Positions 1 to 7,431 of a stretch of DNA of 64,000 nt are shown in pieces. Location of the stretch: IMG/VR virus record IMGVR_UViG_3300028888_000066, positions 1-64,000 of that record, one strand, 5' to 3'. Origin of the DNA: a virus (taxonomy: Duplodnaviria > Caudoviricetes). The position numbers were made by a program, and so were the translations under genes. The first letter of the stretch is position 1; each line of letters opens with the position of its first letter. The notes under the pieces are model-generated. The model saw only the letters and a program-made list of their open reading frames with translations. It searched no databases and was not told the DNA's origin.

Positions 1-45
1 GTTTCCATTAAATCAACTCCTTGCGCTACCATTACGCTAAGGGAC
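1..45 (-). tRNA. 5' portion of a tRNA or tRNA-like RNA, truncated by the window edge
   Basis: Reverse complement GTCCCTTAGCGTAATGGTAGCGC gives an acceptor 5' strand plus D-arm. The anticodon cannot be assigned. Confidence 0.5.
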
Positions 46-158
46 TATAAATGCATCAGTCACCCCTCACGATCTGACGCTTGCATAGCTCCGTTTGCGC
101 TATCTTTCGATAAGGCTATGCACCACAATGCACGTTCTTCATTGGTCACTTTTAATTA

Positions 159-285
159 AATGCGGGTGAGGAATTGCACCTCACATGATTGCAACATAGC
201 CAAGTTGCTTTCAGAAGTCTCACCTGCCGGGACGCAAACACTTCATATCTACCCGGTATAGCGTCACCTATTCCGCCACCGCATT
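159..285 (-). ncRNA. tRNA-like RNA with ~70-nt insert replacing the anticodon arm
   Basis: D-arm GGCGGAATAGGTGACGC, T-arm GTGAG-GTGCAATTC-CTCAC, acceptor TGCGG/CCGCA. Paralogous to 871-974. Confidence 0.7.
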
Positions 286-287
286 AG

Positions 288-374
288 CGACACTAGCACG
301 GCTCGAACGTGCATACCCTTTTACAAGTAACCTCTGATTAGCAATCAGGTGCGTTACCATTCCGCCATAGTGTC
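288..374 (-). tRNA. tRNA-Ser(GCT)
   Basis: Cloverleaf, CTGA-TTGCTAA-TCAG anticodon arm, long variable arm, GTTCGAG T-loop. Confidence 0.9.
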
Positions 375-377
375 ATA

Positions 378-593
378 TTAAACTTCAGTAACCTTAAATT
401 CGGTAGTGAAATATGTGCCACAAAAATCGCATTTACCGTGTCCAAATGATAACTCAAATGTACCGCCACATTTAGGACAAGTGATTGGATATGCTTCAAT
501 TACTTTACATTGTAAGGCATAAACCTTACCATTAGGTAAAGTAATCTTATTAATGAATCCATCCACTTGTGTTCCATCATCTAATGTATACAT
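378..593 (-). CDS. small zinc-ribbon protein
   Basis: ATG after GGAGG. CPKCGG...CDFCG motifs. Confidence 0.75.
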   Translation of the reverse strand: MYTLDDGTQVDGFINKITLPNGKVYALQCKVIEAYPITCPKCGGTFELSFGHGKCDFCGTYFTTEFKVTEV

Positions 594-691
594 ATTTCCT
601 CCAATAAAAAATGCCGCGGAAGAGTTGCGGATACTACTCGGCCTCTTTCTACAGGGCTCTTCCACTCGTCAGTTCCCAACGCGGCTAAAAA

Positions 692-788
692 CTAGACCGT
701 TCAATAATTTGTGGGGTTTGAACCCACTCAGTTTTGTTTACAAATAACAATTCTTTTACCCATTTAAAAAATTTGCTGTAACGGTCTA
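692..788 (-). ncRNA. CAGCAA stem-family RNA copy A, enclosing a degenerate tRNA
   Basis: TAGACCGTTACAGCAA...ACGGTCTAG terminal stem with internal T-arm GTGGGTTCAAACCCCAC. Confidence 0.65.
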
Positions 789-793
789 TGAAG

Positions 794-864
794 TCGAAGA
801 TGTCAGAGTCGAACTGCTACTGGTCGTCCCAAGCGACCCGTGTTACCGTTACACTACATCCTCG
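794..864 (-). tRNA. tRNA-Pro(TGG)
   Basis: GGTCG-CTTGGGA-CGACC anticodon arm, TTCGACT T-loop. Confidence 0.9.
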
Positions 865-870
865 TTATAA

Positions 871-974
871 TTCCACGGATAAGGATTTGCACCTTACATA
901 GCTGGCTACCCGCTCAACTTAATGGCAAAATGTCACCAACTTCGCGCAGCGTCTACCTATTCCGCCACCGTGGA
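871..974 (-). ncRNA. tRNA-like RNA with ~50-nt insert replacing the anticodon arm
   Basis: TCCACGG/CCGTGGA acceptor, GGCGGAATAGGTAGACGC D-arm, GTAAG-GTGCAAATC-CTTAT T-arm. Confidence 0.7.
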
Positions 975-1013
975 TAGACGCGGCTTTCGCCGCGAGAAAG
1001 GAGATTTCACTTC

Positions 1014-1196
1014 TTAATCTTTTGCAACAAATTCATTCAAATTGCCTTTTATGTACATCTTATCTCCTTTTAATTCATACTCTTTTAAAATTTCCAGAGC
1101 ATGGGAGAGAGCATAGTAATAATTAATGCTATTGATTCCGAGATCCCTATTTTTGGCTTTCTCTTTTAACTGTTCTAATATCTCAATATCATTCAT
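1014..1196 (-). CDS. hypothetical protein
   Basis: ORF with GGAGAG RBS just downstream of the promoter at 1218-1246. Confidence 0.7.
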   Translation of the reverse strand: MNDIEILEQLKEKAKNRDLGINSINYYYALSHALEILKEYELKGDKMYIKGNLNEFVAKD

Positions 1197-1217
1197 ACTA
1201 TCTCTCCTTACAATAAA

Positions 1218-1246
1218 ATTATACCAGAAATTTTATTCATTGTCAA
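1218..1246 (-). promoter_or_regulatory. sigmaA/sigma70-type promoter
   Basis: TTGACA-17nt-TATAAT. Confidence 0.8.
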
Positions 1247-1499
1247 GTATTTGGTCTTGCATTTCTTCAATGCGTTTTTCATCTGCAATAGACCAATTTG
1301 TTGCAGGCCCAGCCGTTCGCTTAACTTTCTTGCCTTTAGATTTGCAGGCGCATAATGGGCATGAACAATGAATCTTGTTTTTACTATATTGGTGTAAGTT
1401 ATCATAATAATCTTTTTTTAAATGCCAAGTTTTTGTAATATTACGTTTACGTATAGCTTTTTTCCAATCATTATGACGTTTTTCAGCGCGATTCCTCAT
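1233..1499 (-). CDS. hypothetical basic protein (CxCxxC)
   Basis: ORF with AGGTG RBS, HCSCPLC motif. Confidence 0.7.
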   Translation of the reverse strand: MRNRAEKRHNDWKKAIRKRNITKTWHLKKDYYDNLHQYSKNKIHCSCPLCACKSKGKKVKRTAGPATNWSIADEKRIEEMQDQILDNE

Positions 1500-1509
1500 A
1501 AATATCACC

Positions 1510-2289
1510 TTACTTAAAAATTTCTGGATATTGTTGCCTTAATGGCTCAATATAATGATTAGCATACCATTTTACTAAATTGTTACGTAATTCACTATAA
1601 AACTCACAAGTTTGATAAAATGCCTTTAGATAGCTATCTATATTTGAAAATTTCCAAGGTTTTAGTTCGCCACAAAAATGTAATCCATAGATATTATTTT
1701 CTAATGGAATTAATTTATCAAATGTATCAACGGTAATATTTACAAAATATGGATGTGGAATACGATATCCATTATTAGTTTTAAATGGAAACCATAGTTC
1801 TTCGATGATGTCACTTTCCCATAAATTACTATATTGTAACATTGTAATATAATATTTTAACGGATGATTTTTTGGGCAGCATACAAATAATCCGCAAAAC
1901 CCTCGTTCATGCCATCCAAAATCTTCATATAAAGCACCATCATAATAATCAAATAATTCATCAACTGTCTTTAAAAAGAAGCTATCTATATCTAAATATA
2001 CAACTTTATCAAAATTAGTTAAGCTAAATACATTCACTTTTGAAGCAACTGTCTCCAATCTTTTATTGTTCATTGCTTCTTTGGTTGTAATAGAATATTC
2101 AATTACTGGAACTTTTATATATTTTATGTTCTCTTTATTTAAATAATTAACTACTTGATCAAATATATTTTCTGTAACCATTACGTATAGAGGAAAATGA
2201 CTATGTAATTCTTTTAGATTTCTATCTAAAATAATTGCCGCTGGAAGATAATCAACTGAACTTAATAATGTCACATAAGCCTAGTTCAT
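1510..2289 (-). CDS. glycosyltransferase family 8 (TAG read-through)
   Basis: MN(TAG)AYVTLL start, YLDID DxD motif, HFC..KPW motif. Confidence 0.85.
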
Positions 2290-3074
2290 ATATTTACCTC
2301 CGATTTAAATAGCTATGGATATTTTAGTTGTAATGGTATTAAATAATGATCAAAATAAAAGGCTATAATATTATTGCGGTTTTCACTTTGTGGCAGTCCT
2401 TCTTTATAAAAATCATTTTTAAATTTGGCCATAGAATCATAATTCCAAGGCTTTATCTTATTACAAAAATGTACTCCATATATTTTATCCCTAATAGGAG
2501 AGAAAGACTAAAAATCTTGACGTTTTATATTTAAGAAATAAGATGTTGGAATTCGATAATTTGAATCAAATTTAAAAGGAAAAAATAAGTCACCTAAAAG
2601 ATCGCCATCTAATATTGGTAATTTTTCAATTAATAAAAAATAATATGATACTGGATGTAAATAAGGACAAACTACAAATAATCCAGAAAAACCCTTATCA
2701 AACCCTTCATCATACATCGCGCCATCGGGATAATTAAATATTTCATCAATGGTTTTTAAGAAGAAACTATCAGCATCAATATATACCACTTTATCAAATT
2801 CTTCTAAATCAAATAAATTTAATTTAGAAGCAGTATTTAATACAGTATGATTTTTATACTGCTCTTGTACTTCTTTGGAATATTTAATTACTGGTACTTC
2901 AATATAATGAATACATTCTTTTATTAAGTAATATTTTACATCATTAATAATATTTGAAGTTACCATGACGTATAATGGATACTAGTTGTGTAATTCTTTT
3001 AAATTCTAATTTAATATTAAAACTGGTTTAATATAATTTACAGAACTTAAAAGAGTGACATATGCATAATTCAT
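2286..3074 (-). CDS. glycosyltransferase family 8 paralog (TAG read-through)
   Basis: MNYAYVTLL start, YIDAD motif. The HFCNKIKPW motif lies downstream of an in-frame TAG. ATGA overlap with the next gene. Confidence 0.85.
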
Positions 3075-3082
3075 AAATCACC

Positions 3083-3397
3083 TCACATTAAATCATCTTC
3101 CATATAAATAATTTGTTTACCATGACGTACAGCGTACTGAATTTCACTACGAGTACTTGAACCAATATAACCATTCTTATTAATTACATAAATGGCATCG
3201 GCCATATCAATCTTTCTTTTATGAATGTCATCAAGCATTATCTTCTGTTCATCAGAAAAAGTATCACCAGCGTGCCCAAAGCAACCAACGCTAATGACGA
3301 TATTGCCAGCCAGAGTAAGCTCACGATTGATTCGTTCGAAATCATCTTTAAACCTCGTACTTCCACATAATGTTATTACTTTATAGTTACCTATCAT
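3083..3397 (-). CDS. small Rossmann-like protein (nucleoside 2-deoxyribosyltransferase-like)
   Basis: ITLCGSTRF...HKRKIDMADAIYVIN..GYIGSSTRSEI pattern. Confidence 0.65.
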   Translation of the reverse strand: MIGNYKVITLCGSTRFKDDFERINRELTLAGNIVISVGCFGHAGDTFSDEQKIMLDDIHKRKIDMADAIYVINKNGYIGSSTRSEIQYAVRHGKQIIYMEDDLM

Positions 3398-3412
3398 ATA
3401 ATCGCCCCTAAT

Positions 3413-3484
3413 GAGGTTCCGGTCAGAGTCGAACTGACTAAACAAGTTTTGCAGACAAGTCTCCGGCCGCCAGAGTTCGGAACC
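3413..3484 (-). tRNA. tRNA-Cys(GCA)
   Basis: CTGCAAA loop, short D-arm, TTCGACT T-loop. Confidence 0.8.
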
Positions 3485-3493
3485 TATATATTG

Positions 3494-3564
3494 TGGAACC
3501 GCGGGAAATCGAATCCCGATCTTCTGCGTGCAAAGCAGATATTCTACCATTAAACTATGGCCCC
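3494..3564 (-). tRNA. tRNA-Ala(TGC)
   Basis: GGGGCC acceptor with G3-U70, TTTGCAC loop. Confidence 0.9.
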
Positions 3565-3656
3565 ATGGACCGGACGTTTTAATGAGAGTCCGGCAACTCA
3601 CCGCAATATTTGTTTATTTGGCCAGCATATGACTGGTTGCGAAGTTTGCAATTGCG

Positions 3657-3730
3657 TGCCCAGGCTGGGAGTCGAACCCAGAAAACCACGGCTCTGAACC
3701 GCGTACCTATGCCAATTCGGTTACTAGGGC
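3657..3730 (-). tRNA. tRNA-Leu(CAG), short variable loop
   Basis: CGCGG-TTCAGAG-CCGTG. Confidence 0.85.
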
Positions 3731-3816
3731 AAATACCTCCCTGGTTGTGCAGTCAAAGTACCCAGGGCACAAGGATTTTTAGGGGTTTGGCTTGATCTTC
3801 AAATACTGCGCCAATG

Positions 3817-3890
3817 TGCCTAACTTGGGATTCGAACCCAAACTGAGCCGATTTTGAGTCGGTTTCCTCTTCCAATTGGGATAGAAAGGC
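3817..3890 (-). tRNA. tRNA-Leu(CAA), short variable loop
   Basis: ACCGA-CTCAAAA-TCGGC. Confidence 0.85.
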
Positions 3891-3896
3891 ATAAAG

Positions 3897-3969
3897 CAGG
3901 CTGACTAGGATTCGAACCTAGACCAACGGTTTTGGAGACCGCTATGCTACCATTAAACACCATCAGCCT
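3897..3969 (-). tRNA. tRNA-Trp(CCA)
   Basis: GCGGT-CTCCAAA-ACCGT. Confidence 0.9.
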
Positions 3970-4103
3970 TCACCAAGTTTCGTTGTTACTTAGCATAGCG
4001 CCGCAGTTTTCTCTACCGTACCAACTACATCGTTTTGTGTAGCAATTCGGACGTATACGGAATTTACGTGCATCATAAGATGCCTGAGGTCGCAACCTCT
4101 GAG

Positions 4104-4181
4104 TCGGGATGGGTAGATTCGAACTACCGAAAACCTCCTGTTTATCAGACAGGCGCTCTAAACCAACTGAGCTACATCCCG
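4104..4181 (-). tRNA. tRNA-Ile(GAT)
   Basis: CCTGT-CTGATAA-ACAGG. Confidence 0.9.
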
Positions 4182-4389
4182 GAAGCTTCCCCTGTGCCAA
4201 CTTATATACGTAACGGGCCACAGGGAGACCGACTACACATATAATGTAACTAAACTCACGTTATATCTCACTCTGCATTGTATATTAGCTTTCATCCCAA
4301 GGGTATATATCGTTTCAACTTGCTTGGGCTAGAGATTGCCGCCACCTTTCCGCGCCTTGTAGTCACAGCCATGTCAGGTGGATTAGTTA

Positions 4390-4620
4390 TTACCAATCTT
4401 TATTTTGTCTACCTTCTTTTACAATCTCTTTCATATAATTTTCAAAGAAAGCAAACAATTCTTCATCTTCAGTATAAAAGAAGCCATTAGGATTTTGTAC
4501 TGCCTGAAGTCTTGCCCCAAGCATATTTTCCATCAGTTGCCCAAAGCGCCAATTCGGCACTTGATGCCAAATAGTTTTAAGTTCATTACAAAACTTATCA
4601 ATACGATTCGGATCTCTCAT
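4390..4620 (-). CDS. hypothetical phage protein (MRDPNRI...W..VP.WRFGQL type)
   Basis: ORF with AGGAG RBS downstream of the promoter at 4649-4677. Confidence 0.8.
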   Translation of the reverse strand: MRDPNRIDKFCNELKTIWHQVPNWRFGQLMENMLGARLQAVQNPNGFFYTEDEELFAFFENYMKEIVKEGRQNKDW

Positions 4621-4648
4621 AACAAGGCTCCTTTCTTTCTACATATAA

Positions 4649-4677
4649 ATTATAATATAATTTATATTAAAAGTCAA
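4649..4677 (-). promoter_or_regulatory. sigmaA-type promoter
   Basis: TTGACT-17nt-TATAAT. Confidence 0.8.
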
Positions 4678-4680
4678 ATA

Positions 4681-4890
4681 TTAATCCATATATGGTTCAG
4701 CAGGCATCCAAGCAACTACATCATATGTCATATCTCTATAATTAAATTTATCCCAAACCCATCTATATTTAGTACCACTTAAATAATAATCCATTTTATC
4801 TGTTAATCGTACATATTCTCCCCAATTAAAAGTTACAAAATATGAACCACTAACCTTAGGCTGCGATTCTTTACAAGGAATCCATTCCAT
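4681..4890 (-). CDS. DUF551-like protein
   Basis: MEWIPC...P...VVAWMP.EPY pattern, GAGG RBS. Confidence 0.75.
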   Translation of the reverse strand: MEWIPCKESQPKVSGSYFVTFNWGEYVRLTDKMDYYLSGTKYRWVWDKFNYRDMTYDVVAWMPAEPYMD

Positions 4891-4915
4891 ATAATTTACC
4901 TCAATAATATAAATT

Positions 4916-4991
4916 TGGTGCCCAGAGTTGGAGTCGAACCAACCAATAGTGGATTTTCAGTCCACGGTGTTCACCGGTTCACCATCTGGGC
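4916..4991 (-). tRNA. tRNA-Phe(GAA)
   Basis: GTGGA-CTGAAAA-TCCAC, CCA encoded. Confidence 0.9.
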
Positions 4992-4996
4992 ATAGG

Positions 4997-5069
4997 GGTG
5001 CTAGATGGGACTCGAACCCACTACACGCAGAGCCACAATCTACGGCCTATCCGCTTCGGCTTCTAGCAC
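4997..5069 (-). tRNA. tRNA-His(GTG)
   Basis: GTAGA-TTGTGGC-TCTGC. Confidence 0.9.
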
Positions 5070-5071
5070 AG

Positions 5072-5143
5072 TACCGGAGCAGGGAGTCGAACCCTGATCA
5101 AGAGATTAGAAGTCTCTTGTCGTATCCGTTGGACCACTCCAGC
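5072..5143 (-). tRNA. tRNA-Arg(TCT)
   Basis: AGAGA-CTTCTAA-TCTCT. Confidence 0.9.
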
Positions 5144-5147
5144 ATAG

Positions 5148-5219
5148 TGCGCGTGACAGGACTCGAACCTGCGACTCATGGATTAAAAGTCCATTACCTT
5201 ACCACTTGGTTACACGCGC
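5148..5219 (-). tRNA. tRNA-Lys(TTT)
   Basis: ATGGA-CTTTTAA-TCCAT. Confidence 0.9.
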
Positions 5220-5262
5220 AAGATATAATGTTTAAATCTCCTATGTTTTCGTTTCATTTCAA

Positions 5263-5406
5263 TCACTTCCTATTATATTTCCAAATATAATAATTATCAA
5301 TCATATTTGACCACCAAATAATAAATCGAGTTCTAAATTGCCACCATTTTACATCTGGTAAACTATCGAGATATTTTTGCAGTGGTTTAAAGTTATTTAG
5401 ATTCAT
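5263..5406 (-). CDS. small Trp-rich hypothetical protein (47 aa)
   Basis: MNLNNFKPLQKYLDSLPDVKWWQF..., AGGAGTG RBS. Confidence 0.55.
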   Translation of the reverse strand: MNLNNFKPLQKYLDSLPDVKWWQFRTRFIIWWSNMIDNYYIWKYNRK

Positions 5407-5417
5407 AGAATCACTCC

Positions 5418-5966
5418 TTATAGTTGATTCCATTCTTCATCCGAATATTTTTTAATATCAGTTTTTCGTCTTGGTAAATTATATTTATCGCACCATTTAC
5501 GAATAGCATTTCCATCTACTCCAAATTGACGTCCAAGAGCTTCAAAAGATTGCATTCTAATTAATTGTTTTAATTCTTCACGATTTGGACGTTCAACCTT
5601 TCTTTGTGCAATTCTACTACAGTCTAAACATAATTTTGCTCTGTATTCTTTATGTTTACCACAAATAGGACAAATATTATTTGGTATTAAATCAACAATA
5701 TAACTACCATCATTTAATTGTTTTAGCACATTTTCATTTTCATTTAATTTATGAAAACGAGTATGTTCAGATTTAGTATGAAATACTAATAGATTATTAT
5801 AATTATTATTTGCACGATTGCCATCTCGATGATGAACAACCTCTTCATCTTTAAGGGCGCGGCCTAACATTTCTTCTGCTTTAATAATGTGTTCATAGAC
5901 AACACCCCATGAATTAGCACGATGATGTTGTGGCATAAAAATCATAACATATCCATTAGCGTCCAT
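5418..5966 (-). CDS. HNH homing endonuclease with C-terminal HTH
   Basis: YEH...VHHRDGNRANN...NL HNH motif, zinc ribbon, HTH-like tail. Free-standing in the tRNA array. Confidence 0.85.
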   Translation of the reverse strand: MDANGYVMIFMPQHHRANSWGVVYEHIIKAEEMLGRALKDEEVVHHRDGNRANNNYNNLLVFHTKSEHTRFHKLNENENVLKQLNDGSYIVDLIPNNICPICGKHKEYRAKLCLDCSRIAQRKVERPNREELKQLIRMQSFEALGRQFGVDGNAIRKWCDKYNLPRRKTDIKKYSDEEWNQL

Positions 5967-5984
5967 ATTAAATCCTCCTAAAAA

Positions 5985-6059
5985 TACACCAACGGGGACT
6001 CGAACCCATCGAACTCCAGCATTAAGAGTGCTGTACTCTACCAATTGAGTTATTGGTGC
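5985..6059 (-). tRNA. tRNA-Lys(CTT)
   Basis: CAGCA-CTCTTAA-TGCTG. Confidence 0.9.
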
Positions 6060-6167
6060 GTATTCCGTGGCTCTTTTACTTCGCCACGGCGAAGGTTATT
6101 CTCACTACCGCGAACAACTTTAAAGGGCGTCCATAGCGTCCATGCTATCGCTGGCTATTATAGGATT

Positions 6168-6242
6168 TGGTACCGGCGGGTGGATTCGGACCACCGACCT
6201 ACGGGATATGAATCCGTTGCTCTACCTCTAAGCTACACCGGC
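6168..6242 (-). tRNA. tRNA-Met/Ile2(CAT)
   Basis: ACGGA-TTCATAT-CCCGT, CCA encoded. Confidence 0.85.
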
Positions 6243-6245
6243 ATA

Positions 6246-6321
6246 TGGTACCCGCTGACGGACTTGAACCGCCGACCGTCCGGATGTAAGCCGGAAGCTC
6301 TGCCAACTGAGCTAAACGGGC
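6246..6321 (-). tRNA. tRNA-Val(TAC)
   Basis: TCCGG-CTTACAT-CCGGA, CCA encoded. Confidence 0.9.
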
Positions 6322-6325
6322 ATAA

Positions 6326-6477
6326 ATTGGGTGTGCTATTACGCTAAATCTTTCATCTATTGTCCTTGGCACATCATACTCATGGGGCGGATAATCGTAA
6401 GCCCATGATACATTTAGCACCAAAGGAGATTTAAGAACTCTTTAGCTGATGGCTGCCTCTAAGCCTACAGTCCCAAT
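6326..6477 (-). ncRNA. 23S rRNA GTPase-associated-centre (L11-binding) mimic with ~90-nt insertion
   Basis: GGACTGTAGGCTTAGAGGCAGCCATCAGCTAAAGA...AGCGTAATAGCACAC, closed by ATTGGG/CCCAAT. Confidence 0.75.
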
Positions 6478-6577
6478 AATGTTTGCCTTTACTCACGCAT
6501 GAGTGTTTGCTACTACCGACATCTCGGCGGAAGTGGTTTTCATTCTTCCTAGTCTCCGAAAAGATTAGCTGCTATTG

Positions 6578-6865
6578 TGGTGGAGCTGACGAGTTCTGCC
6601 CCTCGTGTCCAGCCTATAATTCATATTAAGAAATACTTACACGATAGTCAGTTAGGCACTGACAGCCAACATTAATAATAAGTGACGCGCTAATCTATCT
6701 CTGAGCCGCAAGTACTTACCGATTAGCTGGTGTACTGTTTAAGCTAGCCAAATTAAGCGGCTAAAGCGAAATCAAATTCGTCGTTTCTTTTAGATTGCTG
6801 CGTAAGGTGCTCCGCCTACCCGTGTCCTTAATACTTCATATACCTGTCGATACTATTTCAGCCCC
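6578..6865 (-). ncRNA. ssrA: tmRNA, tag peptide (A)DEFDFALAA
   Basis: 5' GGGGCTGAAATAGTATCGAC, 3' CAGCTCCACCA, internal frame GACGAATTTGATTTCGCTTTAGCCGCTTAA. Confidence 0.92.
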
Positions 6866-6870
6866 ATGAG

Positions 6871-6943
6871 AGCCGCGAGAGGGACTCAAACCCTCGACCT
6901 AGTGATTACTAATCACTCGTTCTATCAGCTGAACTACCGCGGC
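6871..6943 (-). tRNA. tRNA-Thr(AGT)
   Basis: AGTGA-TTAGTAA-TCACT. Confidence 0.88.
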
Positions 6944-6949
6944 ATAAAG

Positions 6950-7022
6950 TACGCCGTGCAGGACTCGAACCCGCATCAATAGGGCCGTAACCTATCGTTT
7001 TGTCCAGTTAGACTAACGGCGT
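6950..7022 (-). tRNA. tRNA-Arg(ACG)
   Basis: ATAGG-TTACGGC-CCTAT. Confidence 0.88.
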
Positions 7023-7130
7023 ATAATACCAACCACTCGCGTCCCACCGCCCTGTTCCAATCTCCTTATCGGGCCACTGAATTCCCGCATCGGAGAAGGT
7101 CATGCGCCTAAGCCTTGTCCGTTGGTATAG

Positions 7131-7164
7131 AGCCTCCAGACGGATTCGAACCGCCATACGAGGC
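7131..7164 (-). ncRNA. tRNA minihelix (acceptor stem plus T-arm only)
   Basis: GCCTC-GTAT-GGCGG-TTCGAAT-CCGTC-TG-GAGGC-T. Confidence 0.55.
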
Positions 7165-7167
7165 AAG

Positions 7168-7240
7168 AGCTCCCACTCGGATGCGCGCCGAGGTTTATTG
7201 CTTACGAAGCAATTGTACTAGACTACTGTACGATAGGAGC
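7168..7240 (-). tRNA. tRNA-Thr(CGT) with degenerate T-loop
   Basis: ATTGC-TTCGTAA-GCAAT anticodon arm, T-arm CTCGG-CGCGCAT-CCGAG. Confidence 0.75.
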
Positions 7241-7272
7241 ATATGAGGGGAATTTCCCCTCTGTACATAAAA

Positions 7273-7301
7273 ATTATAGTATAATTTTTATAAAAAGTCA
7301 A
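7273..7301 (-). promoter_or_regulatory. sigmaA-type promoter driving a tRNA block
   Basis: TTGACT-17nt-TATAAT. Confidence 0.8.
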
Positions 7302-7431
7302 ATATTAAATTCTTGGTGTTTTATTAAAGTATTCAATTAATAAGAATATGAGGAGAAGGGCGCCAAGAATTATGGCGCCCCAATCCGTATCAAATAAAGT
7401 TTCAATAAGTACATTCACTTGTATCACCCTC

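Noticed and set aside
612-686. Hammerhead ribozyme (CTGACGA...GAAA on the minus strand)
   Set aside because: No stem II between the core motifs. The pairing seen (GCCGC/GCGGC, GGAAGAG/CTCTTCC) does not fit, though it may be some other structured RNA.
6326-6477. A real 23S rRNA gene
   Set aside because: Only the ~55-nt L11-binding segment matches. It is split by an insert and lies between tRNA-Val and tmRNA.
3401-7240. ORFs in the supplied track overlapping tRNAs (e.g. 3610-3795, 4928-5290, 6045-6347, and the 5' extensions of 3083 and 5418)
   Set aside because: They are shadow translations of tRNA genes with no RBS.
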